Assembly: GCA_964617475.1 (NCBI GenBank)
Contig: CAZTYM010000001.1
Span: forward strand, 100,085 to 164,084
DNA from: an uncultured Thiotrichales bacterium
Lineage (GTDB): Bacteria; Pseudomonadota; Gammaproteobacteria; GCA-2400775
Reading direction: 5' to 3'
DNA: 64,000 nucleotides
Part shown: positions 40,308 to 52,462 of the stretch, one piece after another
Layout of the letters: the number at the start of each line of letters is the position of its first letter
How positions within the stretch are numbered: the first letter of the stretch is position 1
The notes under the pieces: model-generated
The model's input: the letters and a program-made list of their open reading frames with translations, nothing else
What the model was told of the DNA's origin: nothing
Databases searched by the model: none
Position numbers and translations under genes: made by a program

Positions 40308-40999
40308 ATGTCAAGTTTAAATCAATAGAGAAAATTCTCGATTATCAGATAGTCGATCAAACGCTTTTTGTTCTGGCCTTAACGCATCGTAGTGTTGGTA
40401 ATAAGAATAACGAGCGATTGGAGTTTCTTGGTGATGCTGTACTTGATTTGGTAGTTGCTGAGGATATTTATCTTCGTTTTTCAAAAGCGGATGAAGGTCA
40501 GCTGAGCCGCATGCGCGCGAGACTTGTAAAGGGGGATACGCTGGCAAAAATAGCTCGTGACATTGGTTTGGCGGACCATCTTATCCTCGGTTCGGGGGAG
40601 ATGAAAAGTGGTGGACGTCGCAGAGCCTCGATATTGGCCGGAACTTTAGAAGCTTTGATTGGTGCAATATATTTAGACAGTGGCTATGAAGCCAGCCAAA
40701 AAGTGATACGGCATTTATACACTGCAGAATATGAACAGCTCTCGCTTGAAGATGCCTTGAAAGATCCTAAAACTCGTTTACAAGAGTATTGCCAGTCACG
40801 AAGTATGTCTTTACCAAGCTATAAAGTTCTTAGCATTCTTGGTGAAGGACATAATCAAGTCTTTACTTGCGAATGTAGCATCAAATCGTTGCCTGAGGAA
40901 ATGACGACAGGTGAAAGTATTTCACGAAGAAAGGCCGAGCAACAAGCAGCGGCGTCTATGTTAGTTCGGCTGGGAATTGATTCGGCTGAGAATAAGTGA
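40304..40999 (+). CDS. rnc: Ribonuclease III
   Basis: ALTHRS...ERLEFLGDAVL RNase III signature and a C-terminal dsRBD. TTG start overlapping the upstream stop. Confidence 0.9.
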   Translation: MNVKFKSIEKILDYQIVDQTLFVLALTHRSVGNKNNERLEFLGDAVLDLVVAEDIYLRFSKADEGQLSRMRARLVKGDTLAKIARDIGLADHLILGSGEMKSGGRRRASILAGTLEALIGAIYLDSGYEASQKVIRHLYTAEYEQLSLEDALKDPKTRLQEYCQSRSMSLPSYKVLSILGEGHNQVFTCECSIKSLPEEMTTGESISRRKAEQQAAASMLVRLGIDSAENK

Positions 41000-41033
41000 T
41001 TCTATATAAAATCTTAATCCGGGGTTGTGGCTA

Positions 41034-41924
41034 ATGTCTTTTCGCAGCGGCTATGTTGCTATTATAGGCCGACCTAACGTGGGTAAGTCGACCTTGCTCA
41101 ATCGTGTAATTGGGCAAAAAATCAGTATTACTTCGCGTAAGCCACAAACTACACGCCACTCAATTATGGGTGTTAAGACTACTGATGAGTTTCAAGCGCT
41201 CTACGTCGATACTCCGGGAATACATACCAAAGCCACTCGTGCGATGAATCGTTACATGAATCAAACAGCCTTAACAACGTTAAAAGATGTTGATGTAATA
41301 GCCTGGTTAGTTAACCCCGGGGTCTGGCTAGAAGATGAAAACCTTATTTTGAAAAATCTTAATTCAATAAAAACACCCGTTATATTAGTGATTAATAAAA
41401 TTGACGATATGCAAAATAAGAAACAATTATTACCTCAAATTGACGAGCTATCTACGAAATATGAATTTGCCGAAGTCGTTCCCTTGTCTGCCAAAAAAGA
41501 TATCAACATAAATCAATTTGAACAAGCAATATGCCAATACCTGCCCGAAGATGCACCGCTGTTCCCGGAAGATCAATTGACTGATCGCAGTTCACGTTTT
41601 TTGGCGGCGGAAATTGTTAGGGAAAAAATTATGCGTCGTGTTGGCAAGGAAATACCTTATGCGCTTACCGTTGAAATAGAAGACTTTCGAGATGAAAACG
41701 GGGTAGCCCACATTCATGCTCTCATCTGGGTGGAAAGAGATGGCCAAAAAGCCATCGTCGTTGGACAAAATGGCAGCGTGTTAAAGGAAGTTGGACAAGC
41801 TGCAAGACGAGATATGGAAAACTTGTTTGGCTGCAAGGTTTATTTAAAACTCTGGGTTAAAGTGAAACGTGGTTGGAGTGATAATGCCAGGGCATTACAA
41901 AGTTTGGGCTATGGCGATCAATAG
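41034..41924 (+). CDS. era: GTPase Era
   Basis: GYVAIIGRPNVGKSTLLN, DTPG and NKID G-motifs plus a KH domain. Start placed at MSFRSGYV. Confidence 0.9.
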   Translation: MSFRSGYVAIIGRPNVGKSTLLNRVIGQKISITSRKPQTTRHSIMGVKTTDEFQALYVDTPGIHTKATRAMNRYMNQTALTTLKDVDVIAWLVNPGVWLEDENLILKNLNSIKTPVILVINKIDDMQNKKQLLPQIDELSTKYEFAEVVPLSAKKDININQFEQAICQYLPEDAPLFPEDQLTDRSSRFLAAEIVREKIMRRVGKEIPYALTVEIEDFRDENGVAHIHALIWVERDGQKAIVVGQNGSVLKEVGQAARRDMENLFGCKVYLKLWVKVKRGWSDNARALQSLGYGDQ

Positions 41925-42720
41925 CGTTTCAGGGATACCCGCCTTTGTTTTGCACTCGCGTCCTTATCGTGATAGCAGCGCCATTGTAGAGTTGTTTACG
42001 CAAAGTCATGGTCGTGTTGCGGTTGTCGCGCGCGGCGTGAAATCTGCAAAGTGTCGATATCGTGGCATACTGCAACCGTTCCAGCCTTTGTTGGTTTCCT
42101 GGTCAGGGCGAGGTGAAATGTTTAGTCTCTCCTCAGCTGAAGAAACTGGATTACCCTATCCCGTTCGTGGTCAACATCTCGTTGTTGGTTTATACGTTAA
42201 TGAACTGCTGATGCGATCGTTAGGTAAAGGCGATACTCATGAAGAGATATATTCTGCCTATCAAGAGCTGCTAGAACAGCTGGCTCAAGGTGGTGAGAAA
42301 ACAATTAGTATGACACAGGAAAATGCGTTGCGTTTTTTTGAAATAGAATTACTGAGTAGTCTTGGTTACGGTTTGATACTCGATAGAGATGCCGGCAGCG
42401 GAGAATTAATCAATGCTAAGTATAGTTATATGTATCACCCGGCGCGTGGGCCATTGCTTGTTGACAGTGATTCCGTATCCAGTTCTGCGGCTGAAGTCAG
42501 AGTAAGTGGCGCTACATTGATCGCTCTAGAGCAGCAAGTAAGGCTTAACAAGGAAAGGTTGATTGATGCAAAGCGACTATTACGAAATGCGCTGATGTAT
42601 CATTTGGGTAATAAGCCATTACGGAGTCGGCGTTTATTTCAGCAGTATAGTAAGCAGCCTGCTTCAGTGACGTCGATAAAAAAAGAGGCAGCTCATGAGC
42701 GCGAAGGTAGTACCCACTGA
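41911..42720 (+). CDS. recO: DNA repair protein RecO
   Basis: [14 protein letters not shown]-terminal OB-fold motif as in E. coli RecO. Start ATG at 41911 overlaps the era 3' end. Confidence 0.85.
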   Translation: MAINSVSGIPAFVLHSRPYRDSSAIVELFTQSHGRVAVVARGVKSAKCRYRGILQPFQPLLVSWSGRGEMFSLSSAEETGLPYPVRGQHLVVGLYVNELLMRSLGKGDTHEEIYSAYQELLEQLAQGGEKTISMTQENALRFFEIELLSSLGYGLILDRDAGSGELINAKYSYMYHPARGPLLVDSDSVSSSAAEVRVSGATLIALEQQVRLNKERLIDAKRLLRNALMYHLGNKPLRSRRLFQQYSKQPASVTSIKKEAAHEREGSTH

Positions 42721-43462
42721 ATTATTGTTAGGCGTTAATATTGATCATATAGCGACTATTCGCCAAGCGCGGCAAGGTCGATATCCTGATCCGATTCAAG
42801 CCGCCATTTTGGCTGAAGAAGCGGGTGCAGATGGCATTACGCTACACTTACGTGAAGATCGTCGGCACATTCAAGATCGCGATGTCCGTTTGTTAAAAGA
42901 AATATTGCAAACACGCATGAATTTAGAGATGGCGGTAACCGACGATATGTTGGCCATTGCCAGTCGTGTTAAGCCACAGCATTGCTGTTTGGTTCCAGAA
43001 AGACGAGAAGAACTGACTACGGAAGGTGGTTTGGATGTGTTATCTCATCTTGGTAGGGTTCGGGACGCTTGCGGCACGTTGGCAGCGAGTGACATCGAGG
43101 TATCGCTGTTCATTGATCCTGATAAAACGCAAATAGAAGCAGCGGTTGCGGCTAATGCGCCCGTAGTCGAAATTCATACCGGGCATTATGCAGAAGCCAA
43201 GACACCCAGCGAGGAGCAACGCGAGTATCAGCGCATAGCTGAGGCGGTGCGCTATGGCCAGGAATTGGGGCTAATAGTCAACGCGGGGCACGGGCTGGAC
43301 TATCATAATGTTAAGCCTATCGCTGCATTGTCTGGCTTAAATGAGCTCAACATTGGTCATTCTATCGTTGCCCGAGCCTTATTCATTGGTTTTAAATCAG
43401 CTGTGCAAGAGATGCGATCGTTGATGTTGGAGGCCACACGGAGCGCTTCTCAGGCTCGCTGA
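42695..43462 (+). CDS. pdxJ: Pyridoxine 5'-phosphate synthase
   Basis: [17 protein letters not shown]...[17 protein letters not shown] is near-identical to E. coli PdxJ. The true start may lie a few codons downstream of the first ATG. Confidence 0.9.
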   Translation: MSAKVVPTELLLGVNIDHIATIRQARQGRYPDPIQAAILAEEAGADGITLHLREDRRHIQDRDVRLLKEILQTRMNLEMAVTDDMLAIASRVKPQHCCLVPERREELTTEGGLDVLSHLGRVRDACGTLAASDIEVSLFIDPDKTQIEAAVAANAPVVEIHTGHYAEAKTPSEEQREYQRIAEAVRYGQELGLIVNAGHGLDYHNVKPIAALSGLNELNIGHSIVARALFIGFKSAVQEMRSLMLEATRSASQAR

Positions 43463-43563
43463 AGGCCTTGCGATAGCGGATTTTTTAGCTATAAAAAAGT
43501 TAACAATATATCAATAAGTGCTTGAAAGCATGTGGCATTTTCCACTATAATTCGCCGCTTCGT

Positions 43564-43640
<77 letters not shown>

Positions 43641-43768
43641 AAAGGTATGTTGTGAACGTTTGCAGTTGTCGGTTCGGCTTAGTAAAGCCCGGGGACAAGC
43701 TCTCCCGCTACCAAAGCGAGATGTTCTCTTTTATAATATGCCTTAAGCAGTTTTAAGTAGTTATCAGG

Positions 43769-43789
43769 TGGGCCGTTAGGCCCATTTTT
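43769..43789 (+). terminator. Rho-independent terminator between tRNA-fMet and rimP
   Basis: TGGGCC-GTTA-GGCCCA followed by TTTTT. Confidence 0.55.
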
Positions 43790-43809
43790 CGTTTTAGGGG
43801 TTTTTCATT

Positions 43810-44268
43810 ATGCGTAGTGCGCCGCCTCGCGTATGTGAATGTATCGAGCCAGCGGTTACTGGATTAGGATACGAATTTGTCGGCGCAGAGTATGTGACCG
43901 AAAATGGTCAGCGAGTATTACGTGTTTATATTGATGCTGAAGATGGCATCGATGTCGATGACTGTGCCAAAGTAAGCCACCAGATTAGTGGCGTAATGGA
44001 TGTAGAAGATCCGATACGCGAGGCTTATGTACTGGAGGTGTCATCACCTGGAATGGATAGGCCTTTATTTACGCCTGAGCAGTTTCAGCGTTTTGTTGGT
44101 GAAACGGTGCGAGTTAAGCTGGCGACAGCGGTTTTGGGTAGGCGCAAACTTAAGGGCGAACTGATCGAGTCGAATGACACGGGTGTGGTGATTGAAGTTG
44201 ATGGTGAACCTTACGACGTTCTCTGGTCAGCGATAAATGAGGCGAGATTAGTGCCTCGGTTTGATTAA
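43810..44268 (+). CDS. rimP: Ribosome maturation factor RimP
   Basis: LRVYIDAEDGIDVDDCAKVSHQISGVMDVEDPI...LEVSSPGMDRPLF is near-identical to E. coli RimP. The first ATG may overpredict the N-terminus. Confidence 0.85.
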   Translation: MRSAPPRVCECIEPAVTGLGYEFVGAEYVTENGQRVLRVYIDAEDGIDVDDCAKVSHQISGVMDVEDPIREAYVLEVSSPGMDRPLFTPEQFQRFVGETVRVKLATAVLGRRKLKGELIESNDTGVVIEVDGEPYDVLWSAINEARLVPRFD

Positions 44269-44309
44269 TGATGGATTTGATTTTCGAATAGAAGGTAATC
44301 GGAAAGCTT

Positions 44310-45809
44310 ATGAACAAAGAGATTTTGCTAGTTGTAGACTCGGTTTCAAATGAGCGTGGTGTTAGTAAGGACATCATTTTTGAAGCGATTGAGCTAGCTT
44401 TAGCGACCGCGACGAAAAAACGAAACCGTCTCGATATTGAAGCTCGAGTCAGCATCGATCGTCAGACTGGCGACTACGAGACATTCCGTCGTTGGTTGGT
44501 TCTGGAAGATAATAGCGAAGAATTCGAATCGCCTGACCATCAAATTCAGTTATCTGATGCGCGAGAACAAAACGCCGCTATTAGTGTTGGTGATTATATC
44601 GAAGAGCCAATGGAGTCGGTCGAATTTGGCCGTATTGCCGCGCAAACCGCCAAGCAAGTTATTGTTCAAAAAGTGCGTGAAGCAGAACGTGCTCAAGTGC
44701 TTGATGCCTACAAAGACAGGGTAGGTGAATTACTCAATGGCGTGGTTAAGCGAGTCGATCGTGGTAATGTCATTATGGATCTAGGCGGCAACGCTGAAGC
44801 GGTAATTCTTCGTGAAGACCTTGTTCCGCGTGAGGCCGTCCGAACAGGCGATCGCGTTCGTGGTTATCTCAAAGAAGTACGAGCTGAAGCGCGCGGGCCA
44901 CAGTTGTTCGTTAGCCGTGTAGCACCAGAAATGCTTATCGAGCTATTCAAGCTGGAAGTGCCTGAGGTCGGTGAGGAGCTGATAGAAATTATTGGTGCGG
45001 CACGCGATCCTGGATCACGAGCAAAAATTGCAGTGCGCTCTCATGACTCCCGCATTGATCCCGTTGGCGCCTGTGTAGGTATGCGGGGTTCTCGTGTCCA
45101 GGCTGTGTCAAATGAATTAGCCGGTGAGCGTATCGATATTATTCTTTGGGACGACAATCCTGCGCAATTTGTTATTAATGCCATGGCACCTGCTGATGTG
45201 ACATCGATTGTGGTTGATGAAGATTCTAACTCTATTGATATTGCCGTCAGTGAAGCCAATCTTTCACAAGCCATTGGACGCGGCGGTCAGAACGTCAGAT
45301 TGGCAAGCCAGCTAACAGGCTGGGAACTTAATGTCATGACTGAAACCGATGCGCAGCTTAAGGGCGAAGCCGAAGCTGAAGCGACGCAAGCCATGTTTGT
45401 TGAGCAGCTCAATGTTGACGATGATGTTGCGATGATTCTAGTACAAGAAGGATTTACCAGTCTTGACGAGATTGCCTACGTGCCCGAATCAGAAATGATG
45501 GCAATTGAAGAATTTGATGAAGAAACTGTAGAAGAGCTAAGACGCCGGTCGCGCGATATATTAATTACCAAAGCTATTGCTGACGAAGAAATATTTTCTT
45601 CAGCAGAGCCTGCGGAAGATCTACTCGCGCTGGACGGGATGGATGAGCGATTGGCACACGTATTAGCAGGTCGAGGCATTATTACTCAGGAAGATCTTGC
45701 CGAGCAATCTGTCGATGAATTGACAGAAATTGAAGATTTGGACGCGGAGCGTGCGGCAGAGTTGATTATGGCGGCGCGTGCGCCATGGTTCGCTGAGGAG
45801 GAAGGTTAA
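44310..45809 (+). CDS. nusA: Transcription termination/antitermination factor NusA
   Basis: S1 and KH domains and the acidic repeat C-terminus; highly similar to E. coli NusA. Confidence 0.95.
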   Translation: MNKEILLVVDSVSNERGVSKDIIFEAIELALATATKKRNRLDIEARVSIDRQTGDYETFRRWLVLEDNSEEFESPDHQIQLSDAREQNAAISVGDYIEEPMESVEFGRIAAQTAKQVIVQKVREAERAQVLDAYKDRVGELLNGVVKRVDRGNVIMDLGGNAEAVILREDLVPREAVRTGDRVRGYLKEVRAEARGPQLFVSRVAPEMLIELFKLEVPEVGEELIEIIGAARDPGSRAKIAVRSHDSRIDPVGACVGMRGSRVQAVSNELAGERIDIILWDDNPAQFVINAMAPADVTSIVVDEDSNSIDIAVSEANLSQAIGRGGQNVRLASQLTGWELNVMTETDAQLKGEAEAEATQAMFVEQLNVDDDVAMILVQEGFTSLDEIAYVPESEMMAIEEFDEETVEELRRRSRDILITKAIADEEIFSSAEPAEDLLALDGMDERLAHVLAGRGIITQEDLAEQSVDELTEIEDLDAERAAELIMAARAPWFAEEEG

Positions 45810-45815
45810 GCGAGT

Positions 45816-48368
45816 ATGGCTGATGTTACCGTAAAAGAATTTGCCGATGTGGTTAAAATCCCTGTCGATCGATTAATGTCGCAGTTAAGCAGCGCTGGCA
45901 TTGATGTTAACAGCGCTGATGATACGATTTCAGACAAGGAAAAAACTGCACTACTGACGTATTTGCGTGATCTTCATGGTGCCAAAGATAAAAAGCAAGC
46001 CGGTCCTAGCCGAATCACACTGAAACGTAAAACAGTCAGCGAAATAAAACAGACTGTTTCTAGTCCGCGGACAACCGCGGGCGGTCGTGCCACACCTCAG
46101 AATCGTAGCAAAACCATTAACGTTGAGGTTCGCAAAAAACGCACCTATGTCAAACGTGAAGAAGTATTGGCTGAAGAGGAAGAGCGCCTTAAATCCTTAA
46201 AAGAAGAGCGTAAGCGTGAAATTGAAGAAGCTGCACCGCCACCACCTCCACCGGTAGATAAAAAAGAGGCAAAAGTTGCAAAAGCCTCTAAAGCTAGTGA
46301 GAAAGAAAAAGTTACCGCTTCAAAAGAAGGTGATAGCTCGGTTGACGTTGTTGCCAAAGAAAAACCAGAGACAGTTAAAGAGTCAAAGCCAGCAGCAGAG
46401 CCAACACAAGCTGTTGAAGCGACACCACCGCCTCCCGCGCCGAGTGAGAAAAAAGAGCGTAAAGAGAAAAAACGCGGCAAGGGTAAGCGCGATGACCAAG
46501 AATTGCATATCGCTAGCGATAAAGTGGCGCGTAAACGCAAAGCTGTTCGTAAACCGCGTCAAGCAACGCCGGCTGCTGAGACCAAACATGGTTTTGAAAT
46601 GCCAACAGCGCCTGTTAAGCGTGAGGTCACTATTCCAGAAACTATTACTGTCTCAGATCTAGCACAAGGTATGGCAGTGAAAGCTGCTGAGGTTATTAAA
46701 TATCTGATGACTAACGGCACCATGGCTACTATTAATCAGGTGCTTGATCAAGAAACCGCAGCAATCGTTGTCGAAGATATGGGTCATACACCCAAAATGA
46801 TGAACGAAGCTGAGCTGGAAGAAACGGTATTAGCGGTTGATGACGGTGATGTAGAACAAAAACCAAGAGCACCTGTGGTGACCATTATGGGTCACGTTGA
46901 TCATGGTAAGACATCACTACTCGATTATATCCGCCGCAGTAAGGTCGCGGCAGGTGAAGCCGGTGGTATTACTCAGCACATCGGTGCTTATCGTGTCACT
47001 ACCGATAAAGGCACTGTTGCGTTCCTGGATACGCCAGGTCATGCGGCGTTTACCGCTATGCGCGCACGCGGTGCGCAGGCTACGGATATTGTGATTTTGG
47101 TGGTTGCAGCGGACGATGGTGTTATGCCACAAACGATAGAAGCCATTCAGCATTCTAAGGCAGCTGGCGTACCAATGGTTGTTGCGGTCAATAAGGTTGA
47201 TAAAGAAGAAGCGAATCCTGATCGCGTTAAACAAGAATTAGGAACCCATGAGGTGATACCTGAAGATTGGGGTGGTGATGTGATGTTTATCAACGTCTCA
47301 GCCGTGACCGGTGAAGGCGTTGATGCGTTGCTAGACGCTATATTGTTACAAGCAGAGCTGATGGAGCTCACCGCCGCTGAAGATCAGCGCGCCAGTGGTG
47401 TGGTTATTGAGTCGAGTCTGGATCGAGGTCGTGGTCCAGTCGCAACCATACTGGTACAAAGTGGCACCTTAAATAAAGGCGATATTTTACTTTGCGGTAA
47501 TGAGTATGGTTCTGTCAGGGCTATGCATAATGAACATGGCCAGCCGGTTGATTCAGCAGGACCATCCACACCAGTAGTCGTGCTTGGCTTGTCAGGTACG
47601 CCTAACGCTGGTGATGATGCGGTATCGGTAGCCGAAGAAAAAATTGCTCGCGAAATTGCCGAATCACGTCAAGGTAAAGACCGTGATATGAAACTCGCCA
47701 AGCAGCAAGCGGCTCGGCTTGATGACATGTTTAACCGCATGGGACAAGAAGATGTCAGTACATTGAATATTCTTCTTAAGGGCGATGTACAAGGTTCAGT
47801 TGAAGCCTTAAAAGATTCGTTGACCAAGCTCTCTAACGATGAGGTACAGGTCAATATTGTCGCCAGCGGTGTTGGTGGCATAAATGAATCTGATGTTAAC
47901 CTGGCCTTGGCTTCAGAAGCAGTGGTTATTGGTTTTAATGTGCGTGCAGACGCGACAGCTCGTCGTTTGTGCCAAGAGGCTTCAATGGAGCTTAAGTATT
48001 ACAGCATCATCTACGAAGTTATAGATGATGTGAAAGCGGCATTGTCTGGATTGCTAACACCTGATGTTCGTGAAGATATTATTGGTTTGGCTGAAGTGCG
48101 CGATGTTTTCCGTTCACCCAAGTTTGGTGCTATTGCCGGTTGTATGGTTACGGAAGGAGTTGTTAAACGTAATAATCCAATCCGCGTGCTACGTGATAAC
48201 GTGGTTATATACGAAGGCGAGCTTGAATCTTTACGTCGCTTTAAAGATGACGCTAATGAAGTTAAGAACGGCATGGAATGCGGTATCGGTGTTAAGAACT
48301 ATAACGACGTTAAAGTGGGTGACCAAATCGAAGTCTACGAACGCGTCACTGTTCAGCGTACGTTATAG
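45816..48368 (+). CDS. infB: Translation initiation factor IF-2
   Basis: Low-complexity K/E/A-rich N-terminal region, then a G domain ([21 protein letters not shown]) and conserved C-terminal domains. Confidence 0.95.
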   Translation: MADVTVKEFADVVKIPVDRLMSQLSSAGIDVNSADDTISDKEKTALLTYLRDLHGAKDKKQAGPSRITLKRKTVSEIKQTVSSPRTTAGGRATPQNRSKTINVEVRKKRTYVKREEVLAEEEERLKSLKEERKREIEEAAPPPPPPVDKKEAKVAKASKASEKEKVTASKEGDSSVDVVAKEKPETVKESKPAAEPTQAVEATPPPPAPSEKKERKEKKRGKGKRDDQELHIASDKVARKRKAVRKPRQATPAAETKHGFEMPTAPVKREVTIPETITVSDLAQGMAVKAAEVIKYLMTNGTMATINQVLDQETAAIVVEDMGHTPKMMNEAELEETVLAVDDGDVEQKPRAPVVTIMGHVDHGKTSLLDYIRRSKVAAGEAGGITQHIGAYRVTTDKGTVAFLDTPGHAAFTAMRARGAQATDIVILVVAADDGVMPQTIEAIQHSKAAGVPMVVAVNKVDKEEANPDRVKQELGTHEVIPEDWGGDVMFINVSAVTGEGVDALLDAILLQAELMELTAAEDQRASGVVIESSLDRGRGPVATILVQSGTLNKGDILLCGNEYGSVRAMHNEHGQPVDSAGPSTPVVVLGLSGTPNAGDDAVSVAEEKIAREIAESRQGKDRDMKLAKQQAARLDDMFNRMGQEDVSTLNILLKGDVQGSVEALKDSLTKLSNDEVQVNIVASGVGGINESDVNLALASEAVVIGFNVRADATARRLCQEASMELKYYSIIYEVIDDVKAALSGLLTPDVREDIIGLAEVRDVFRSPKFGAIAGCMVTEGVVKRNNPIRVLRDNVVIYEGELESLRRFKDDANEVKNGMECGIGVKNYNDVKVGDQIEVYERVTVQRTL

Positions 48369-48381
48369 TTATTAGCCCTTA

Positions 48382-48771
48382 GTGAAAGACTTTAATCGTA
48401 GTGACAGAGTTGCAGAGCAGCTAAAGCGAGAATTGTCGCAGCTCATTCGTCACGAAAGCAGAGACCCTCGCTTTCAATCTTTTACTGTTACTGCCGTGCG
48501 GGTATCGCGCGATTTATCGAAGAGCAAGGTCTTTCTGACAAGCCCTGAAGGTGAGCAAGAGAGTACCGAGGCAGTATTAGCAATTAATAAGGCTGCTAAT
48601 TATTTTCGTTATGAGCTGAAGTCTCGGCTTTTGTTGCGTAGTATCCCTCAACTAGAATTTCTCTATGATGAATCCGTAGAGCGTGGTTCACGCATGACTA
48701 GCTTAATCGAGGATACTCTTGCCAAAGATCGTGCTCGCTCGACATCGTCTGATGAGGACGAAACTGGCTAG
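48382..48771 (+). CDS. rbfA: Ribosome-binding factor A
   Basis: GTG start; RbfA KH-like fold sequence (RVAEQLKRELSQLI...). Confidence 0.85.
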   Translation: MKDFNRSDRVAEQLKRELSQLIRHESRDPRFQSFTVTAVRVSRDLSKSKVFLTSPEGEQESTEAVLAINKAANYFRYELKSRLLLRSIPQLEFLYDESVERGSRMTSLIEDTLAKDRARSTSSDEDETG

Positions 48772-48779
48772 CTTCAAAG

Positions 48780-49703
48780 ATGGCTCGTCGCAAGCACACC
48801 GGCAGAGAAGTTCATGGAATTTTACTGCTAGATAAACCTCTGGGTATTAGTTCAAACTTCGCTTTACAAAAAGCGAAGCGCTTATTCAATGCGCGTAAAG
48901 CAGGGCATACCGGAAGCTTAGATCCTTTAGCGACAGGTATGTTGCCGATTTGCTTTGGTCAAGCGACCAAGGTTTCGCAGTATCTAATCGATTGTGATAA
49001 GCGATATCGCGCCACGGTCAAATTGGGTGTGACCACCACGACTGGTGATGCCGAAGGTGAGATTGTCAGCGAGTCGACAACTGAAGGTGTGGGTTTTAAT
49101 AAAATTGAAGCTGTAGTCAGTCAATTTCGTGGTGAAATCACACAAATCCCGCCAATGTACTCGGCTGTTAAACACCAAGGCAAGCCGCTCTATAAGTTTG
49201 CAGCCAAAGGAATAGATATTGAGCGCGAGCAGCGTTACGTAACAGTCTATCAGCTAGATGTGGTTGCACTAGCTGATGATGAGTTAGAGATCGATGTTCA
49301 CTGTTCAAAAGGCACATATATTCGAACCTTGGCTGAGGATATTGGTGAGAAACTTGGCTGTGGTGCACATTTGATCGCTTTGCGCCGTTATTCTGTAGGA
49401 AATTACGAGGGCGTGACTCCTTGGAAGCTGAGTGATTTGAATTTGCTAAGGGAATCTGGTGGTCTGGAGCGTTTAGATCAGGAGCTTTTAGGCTTTGACA
49501 GCGGTTTGCAGCATTTCCCCAAGCTAGAAATTGCACTTGAACTAGCGGAAAAGCTATCGAATGGGCTAAAAATACCTGTAGATAGCGAATTGCCGAGTGG
49601 ATTAATACGACTTTATGACACTGAAAAGCGATTTTTTGGCTTTGGCGAGGCACATAGTTCAGGTCTTTTGAAACCAAGTCGAATTTTCCATTTTTCCGTT
49701 TAA
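48780..49703 (+). CDS. truB: tRNA pseudouridine-55 synthase
   Basis: [14 protein letters not shown] and the catalytic-Asp context [11 protein letters not shown]. Confidence 0.9.
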   Translation: MARRKHTGREVHGILLLDKPLGISSNFALQKAKRLFNARKAGHTGSLDPLATGMLPICFGQATKVSQYLIDCDKRYRATVKLGVTTTTGDAEGEIVSESTTEGVGFNKIEAVVSQFRGEITQIPPMYSAVKHQGKPLYKFAAKGIDIEREQRYVTVYQLDVVALADDELEIDVHCSKGTYIRTLAEDIGEKLGCGAHLIALRRYSVGNYEGVTPWKLSDLNLLRESGGLERLDQELLGFDSGLQHFPKLEIALELAEKLSNGLKIPVDSELPSGLIRLYDTEKRFFGFGEAHSSGLLKPSRIFHFSV

Positions 49704-49783
49704 AATCCTTGTTTTACGCGCGTTTGACAGGTAGAATTGCGCCGCAAAAGAGTATAAGTATTGATTGGAGTATATTGGGTACT

Positions 49784-50053
49784 ATGTCATTGAGTGCTGC
49801 TGAGAAAGCCGAAGTTATTAAAGAATATCAACGCGAAGCGAATGATACCGGATCGCCGGAAGTTCAGGTTGCTTTGCTATCAACCCGCATTAAGCAATTG
49901 ACTGATCATTTTAAGTCTCACGTACATGATCATCATTCACGTCGTGGGTTGTTAAAAATGGTTAGCCAACGCCGTAAGTTGCTCGACTATTTGAAGACAG
50001 AAGACGTATCGCGTTATCGCGATTTAATCAAGCGTCTCGGTCTGCGCAAATAG
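49784..50053 (+). CDS. rpsO: 30S ribosomal protein S15
   Basis: [36 protein letters not shown]...[22 protein letters not shown] is near-identical to E. coli S15. Start taken at the internal ATG with a GGAG SD. Confidence 0.9.
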   Translation: MSLSAAEKAEVIKEYQREANDTGSPEVQVALLSTRIKQLTDHFKSHVHDHHSRRGLLKMVSQRRKLLDYLKTEDVSRYRDLIKRLGLRK

Positions 50054-50091
50054 CGCAGCTGTGACCATTGCCTCATTCTTGGTTCTACTAG

Positions 50092-50122
50092 ACCACCATC
50101 AAACTAGATGGTGGTTTTTTCA
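50092..50122 (+). terminator. Rho-independent terminator / processing hairpin after rpsO
   Basis: ACCACCATC-AAACTAG-ATGGTGGT followed by TTTTTTC. Confidence 0.6.
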
Positions 50123-50173
50123 TTTTTGCCTTTAGCAGGCTGTTAGTAAAATTCTACCTCGCGAGATATTACA

Positions 50174-52264
50174 GTGAATCCAATACGAAAAGAAATTCAA
50201 TACGGTAAGCATAAACTAGTGCTAGAAACAGGCGAGATTGCTCGCCAAAGTAGCGCTGCAATTCTGGTGAGTATGAATGATACCCAAGTGCTCGTTACCG
50301 CTGTCGGTAAAAAAGAAGCTGACGAAGGGAGAGACTTTTTCCCCTTAACGGTTAATTATCAAGAACGTACTTACTCAGCAGGTAAAATTCCAGGTGGATT
50401 TTTTAAACGCGAAGGTCGTCCAACAGAAAAAGAAACACTGACTTCACGTTTGATTGATCGCCCTATACGTCCTCTTTTTCCAAAAGGTTTTACTAACGAA
50501 GTACAGGTTATTGCTACGGTTGTTTCGTTAGACAAAGAAATCGATCCTGATATTCCTGCCATCATTGGTGCATCAGCAGCCTTAGCGGTTTCAGGAATGC
50601 CGTTTGCTGGCCCAATTGGTGCCGCACGTGTTGGCTACAAGGACGGTAACTATTTACTTAACCCTGATATCTCTGAGCTGGCTAGCTCTGAACTCGACTT
50701 GGTTATTTCAGGTACGGAAGATGCCGTGTTGATGGTTGAGTCTGAAGCCGATATGTTGTCAGAAGAGGTCATGTTAGGTGCCGTATTGTTTGGTCATGAA
50801 CAGCAGCAAGCCGTGATCACCGCAATCAATGAATTTGTAGCCGAAGTTGGTAACGAGGCGTGGAATTGGCAAGCACCTGCTTCAGATGATGACTTAAAAG
50901 CCGCTGTAGCTGCGGTTTGCGCCGGCGAAATTGAAGAAGCCTATGCCATTAGTGAAAAAACGGCGAGACAAGATCGCTTAGGTGAGATTCGCAGTGAAGT
51001 GGCAGCGCAATTTGATGCCGATGATAGCAATGCCTGGACGGGTGATGATGCCAAAGGCGCGATTGCAAAAATTGAAAAAGCCCTGGTGCGCGATAAAATT
51101 TTAAGTGGTGCGCCACGGATTGACGGACGAGATACTAAATCAGTTAGGCCAATTAGCGTTCGTGTCGGCGTATTAACCCGTGTACATGGTTCAGCCTTGT
51201 TTACACGTGGTGAAACACAATCACTAGTAGTAACCACTTTGGGAACTGGCAGAGATGCGCAGGTAATCGATGCGATCGAAGGTGAACGTAAAGAACCCTT
51301 TATGTTTCATTACAACTTCCCACCATATTGTGTTGGTGAGACTGGCATGGTTGGTTCACCTAAACGACGTGAGATCGGTCATGGTCGTTTAGCCAAACGT
51401 GGTGTCGCAGCCGTAATGCCAGATATGGATGAGTATCCTTACGTTGTTCGTGTGGTTTCTGAAATTACCGAATCTAACGGTTCAAGTTCAATGGCATCTG
51501 TTTGCGGTGCTAGCTTATCGATGATGGATGCCGGTGTGCCACTGAAAGCACCTGTTGCTGGTATCGCAATGGGTTTGATTAAAGAAGATGATCGTTTCTC
51601 GGTTTTATCTGACATCTTAGGTGATGAAGATCATTTAGGAGACATGGACTTTAAAGTAGCCGGTACCGAAAATGGTGTCACTGCCTTACAAATGGATATA
51701 AAAATTCAGGGTATTACCCGCGAGATTATGGAAACTGCATTGGCGCAAGCTCGTGATGGCCGTTTACATATTCTTGGTGAGATGGCGAAAGTTATTGATA
51801 CTTCACGCGAAGAGCTATCAATGTATGCGCCACGTATCCTTACTATGAATGTGCATCCAGATAAGATTCGTGATGTTATTGGTAAAGGCGGTGTGACTAT
51901 CCGTTCTATTACTGAAGAGACAGGCGCAACGGTTGATATCGATGACGATGGTGTTGTACGTATTGCTTCACCTGATGGCGAAGCTGCAGCAGAAGCAAGA
52001 CGTCGTATTGAAGAAATCACCGCTGATGTAGAAGTAGGTAACATTTACGAGGGTCGTGTAGCAAAGATTATGGACTTCGGTGCCTTTGTTACTGTGTTGC
52101 CTGGTAAAGACGGTTTGGTCCATATCTCGCAGATTTCACAAGAGCGCGTTGAAAATGTCAGCGACAAACTTTCAGAAGGCGAAACCGTGAAGGTAAAAGT
52201 ATTGGAGATTGACAAGCAAGGTCGCATTCGTTTGAGTATGAAGGCGATCGAAGAAAACGCTTAA
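50174..52264 (+). CDS. pnp: Polynucleotide phosphorylase
   Basis: GTG start. Two RNase PH domains plus KH and S1 domains; near-identical to E. coli PNPase. Confidence 0.95.
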   Translation: MNPIRKEIQYGKHKLVLETGEIARQSSAAILVSMNDTQVLVTAVGKKEADEGRDFFPLTVNYQERTYSAGKIPGGFFKREGRPTEKETLTSRLIDRPIRPLFPKGFTNEVQVIATVVSLDKEIDPDIPAIIGASAALAVSGMPFAGPIGAARVGYKDGNYLLNPDISELASSELDLVISGTEDAVLMVESEADMLSEEVMLGAVLFGHEQQQAVITAINEFVAEVGNEAWNWQAPASDDDLKAAVAAVCAGEIEEAYAISEKTARQDRLGEIRSEVAAQFDADDSNAWTGDDAKGAIAKIEKALVRDKILSGAPRIDGRDTKSVRPISVRVGVLTRVHGSALFTRGETQSLVVTTLGTGRDAQVIDAIEGERKEPFMFHYNFPPYCVGETGMVGSPKRREIGHGRLAKRGVAAVMPDMDEYPYVVRVVSEITESNGSSSMASVCGASLSMMDAGVPLKAPVAGIAMGLIKEDDRFSVLSDILGDEDHLGDMDFKVAGTENGVTALQMDIKIQGITREIMETALAQARDGRLHILGEMAKVIDTSREELSMYAPRILTMNVHPDKIRDVIGKGGVTIRSITEETGATVDIDDDGVVRIASPDGEAAAEARRRIEEITADVEVGNIYEGRVAKIMDFGAFVTVLPGKDGLVHISQISQERVENVSDKLSEGETVKVKVLEIDKQGRIRLSMKAIEENA

Positions 52265-52292
52265 TCTGCTTACTGTTAAAAACCTAATAAAA

Positions 52293-52331
52293 AGCGGCAA
52301 TGACTGGGCAGGTCATTGCCGCTTTTTTTTG
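52293..52331 (+). terminator. Rho-independent terminator after pnp
   Basis: AGCGGCAATGAC-TGGGCAG-GTCATTGCCGCT followed by TTTTTTTT. Confidence 0.7.
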
Positions 52332-52462
52332 TTTATGTACATTAAACTACAGTCATCCTTTTAACAAACAATGACTTAGCTAATAATCTTTAACATGGCC
52401 CATCAGCGGAATGCTTATTGCTGAAGCAATGGCATCTGTAAACATAATGAAGGGCCGTAACT

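Noticed and set aside
46145-46662. Antisense and alternative-frame ORFs inside infB (131 aa on the minus strand, 128 aa on the plus strand)
   Set aside because: They are artefacts of the low-complexity K/E/A-rich IF-2 N-terminal coding region; infB itself is unambiguous.
51706-52227. Minus-strand ORFs (112 aa and 60 aa) inside pnp, with similar antisense ORFs in lysS, sdhA, nadB, the MCP gene and lepA
   Set aside because: Each overlaps a highly conserved housekeeping gene on the opposite strand. These are typical shadow ORFs.
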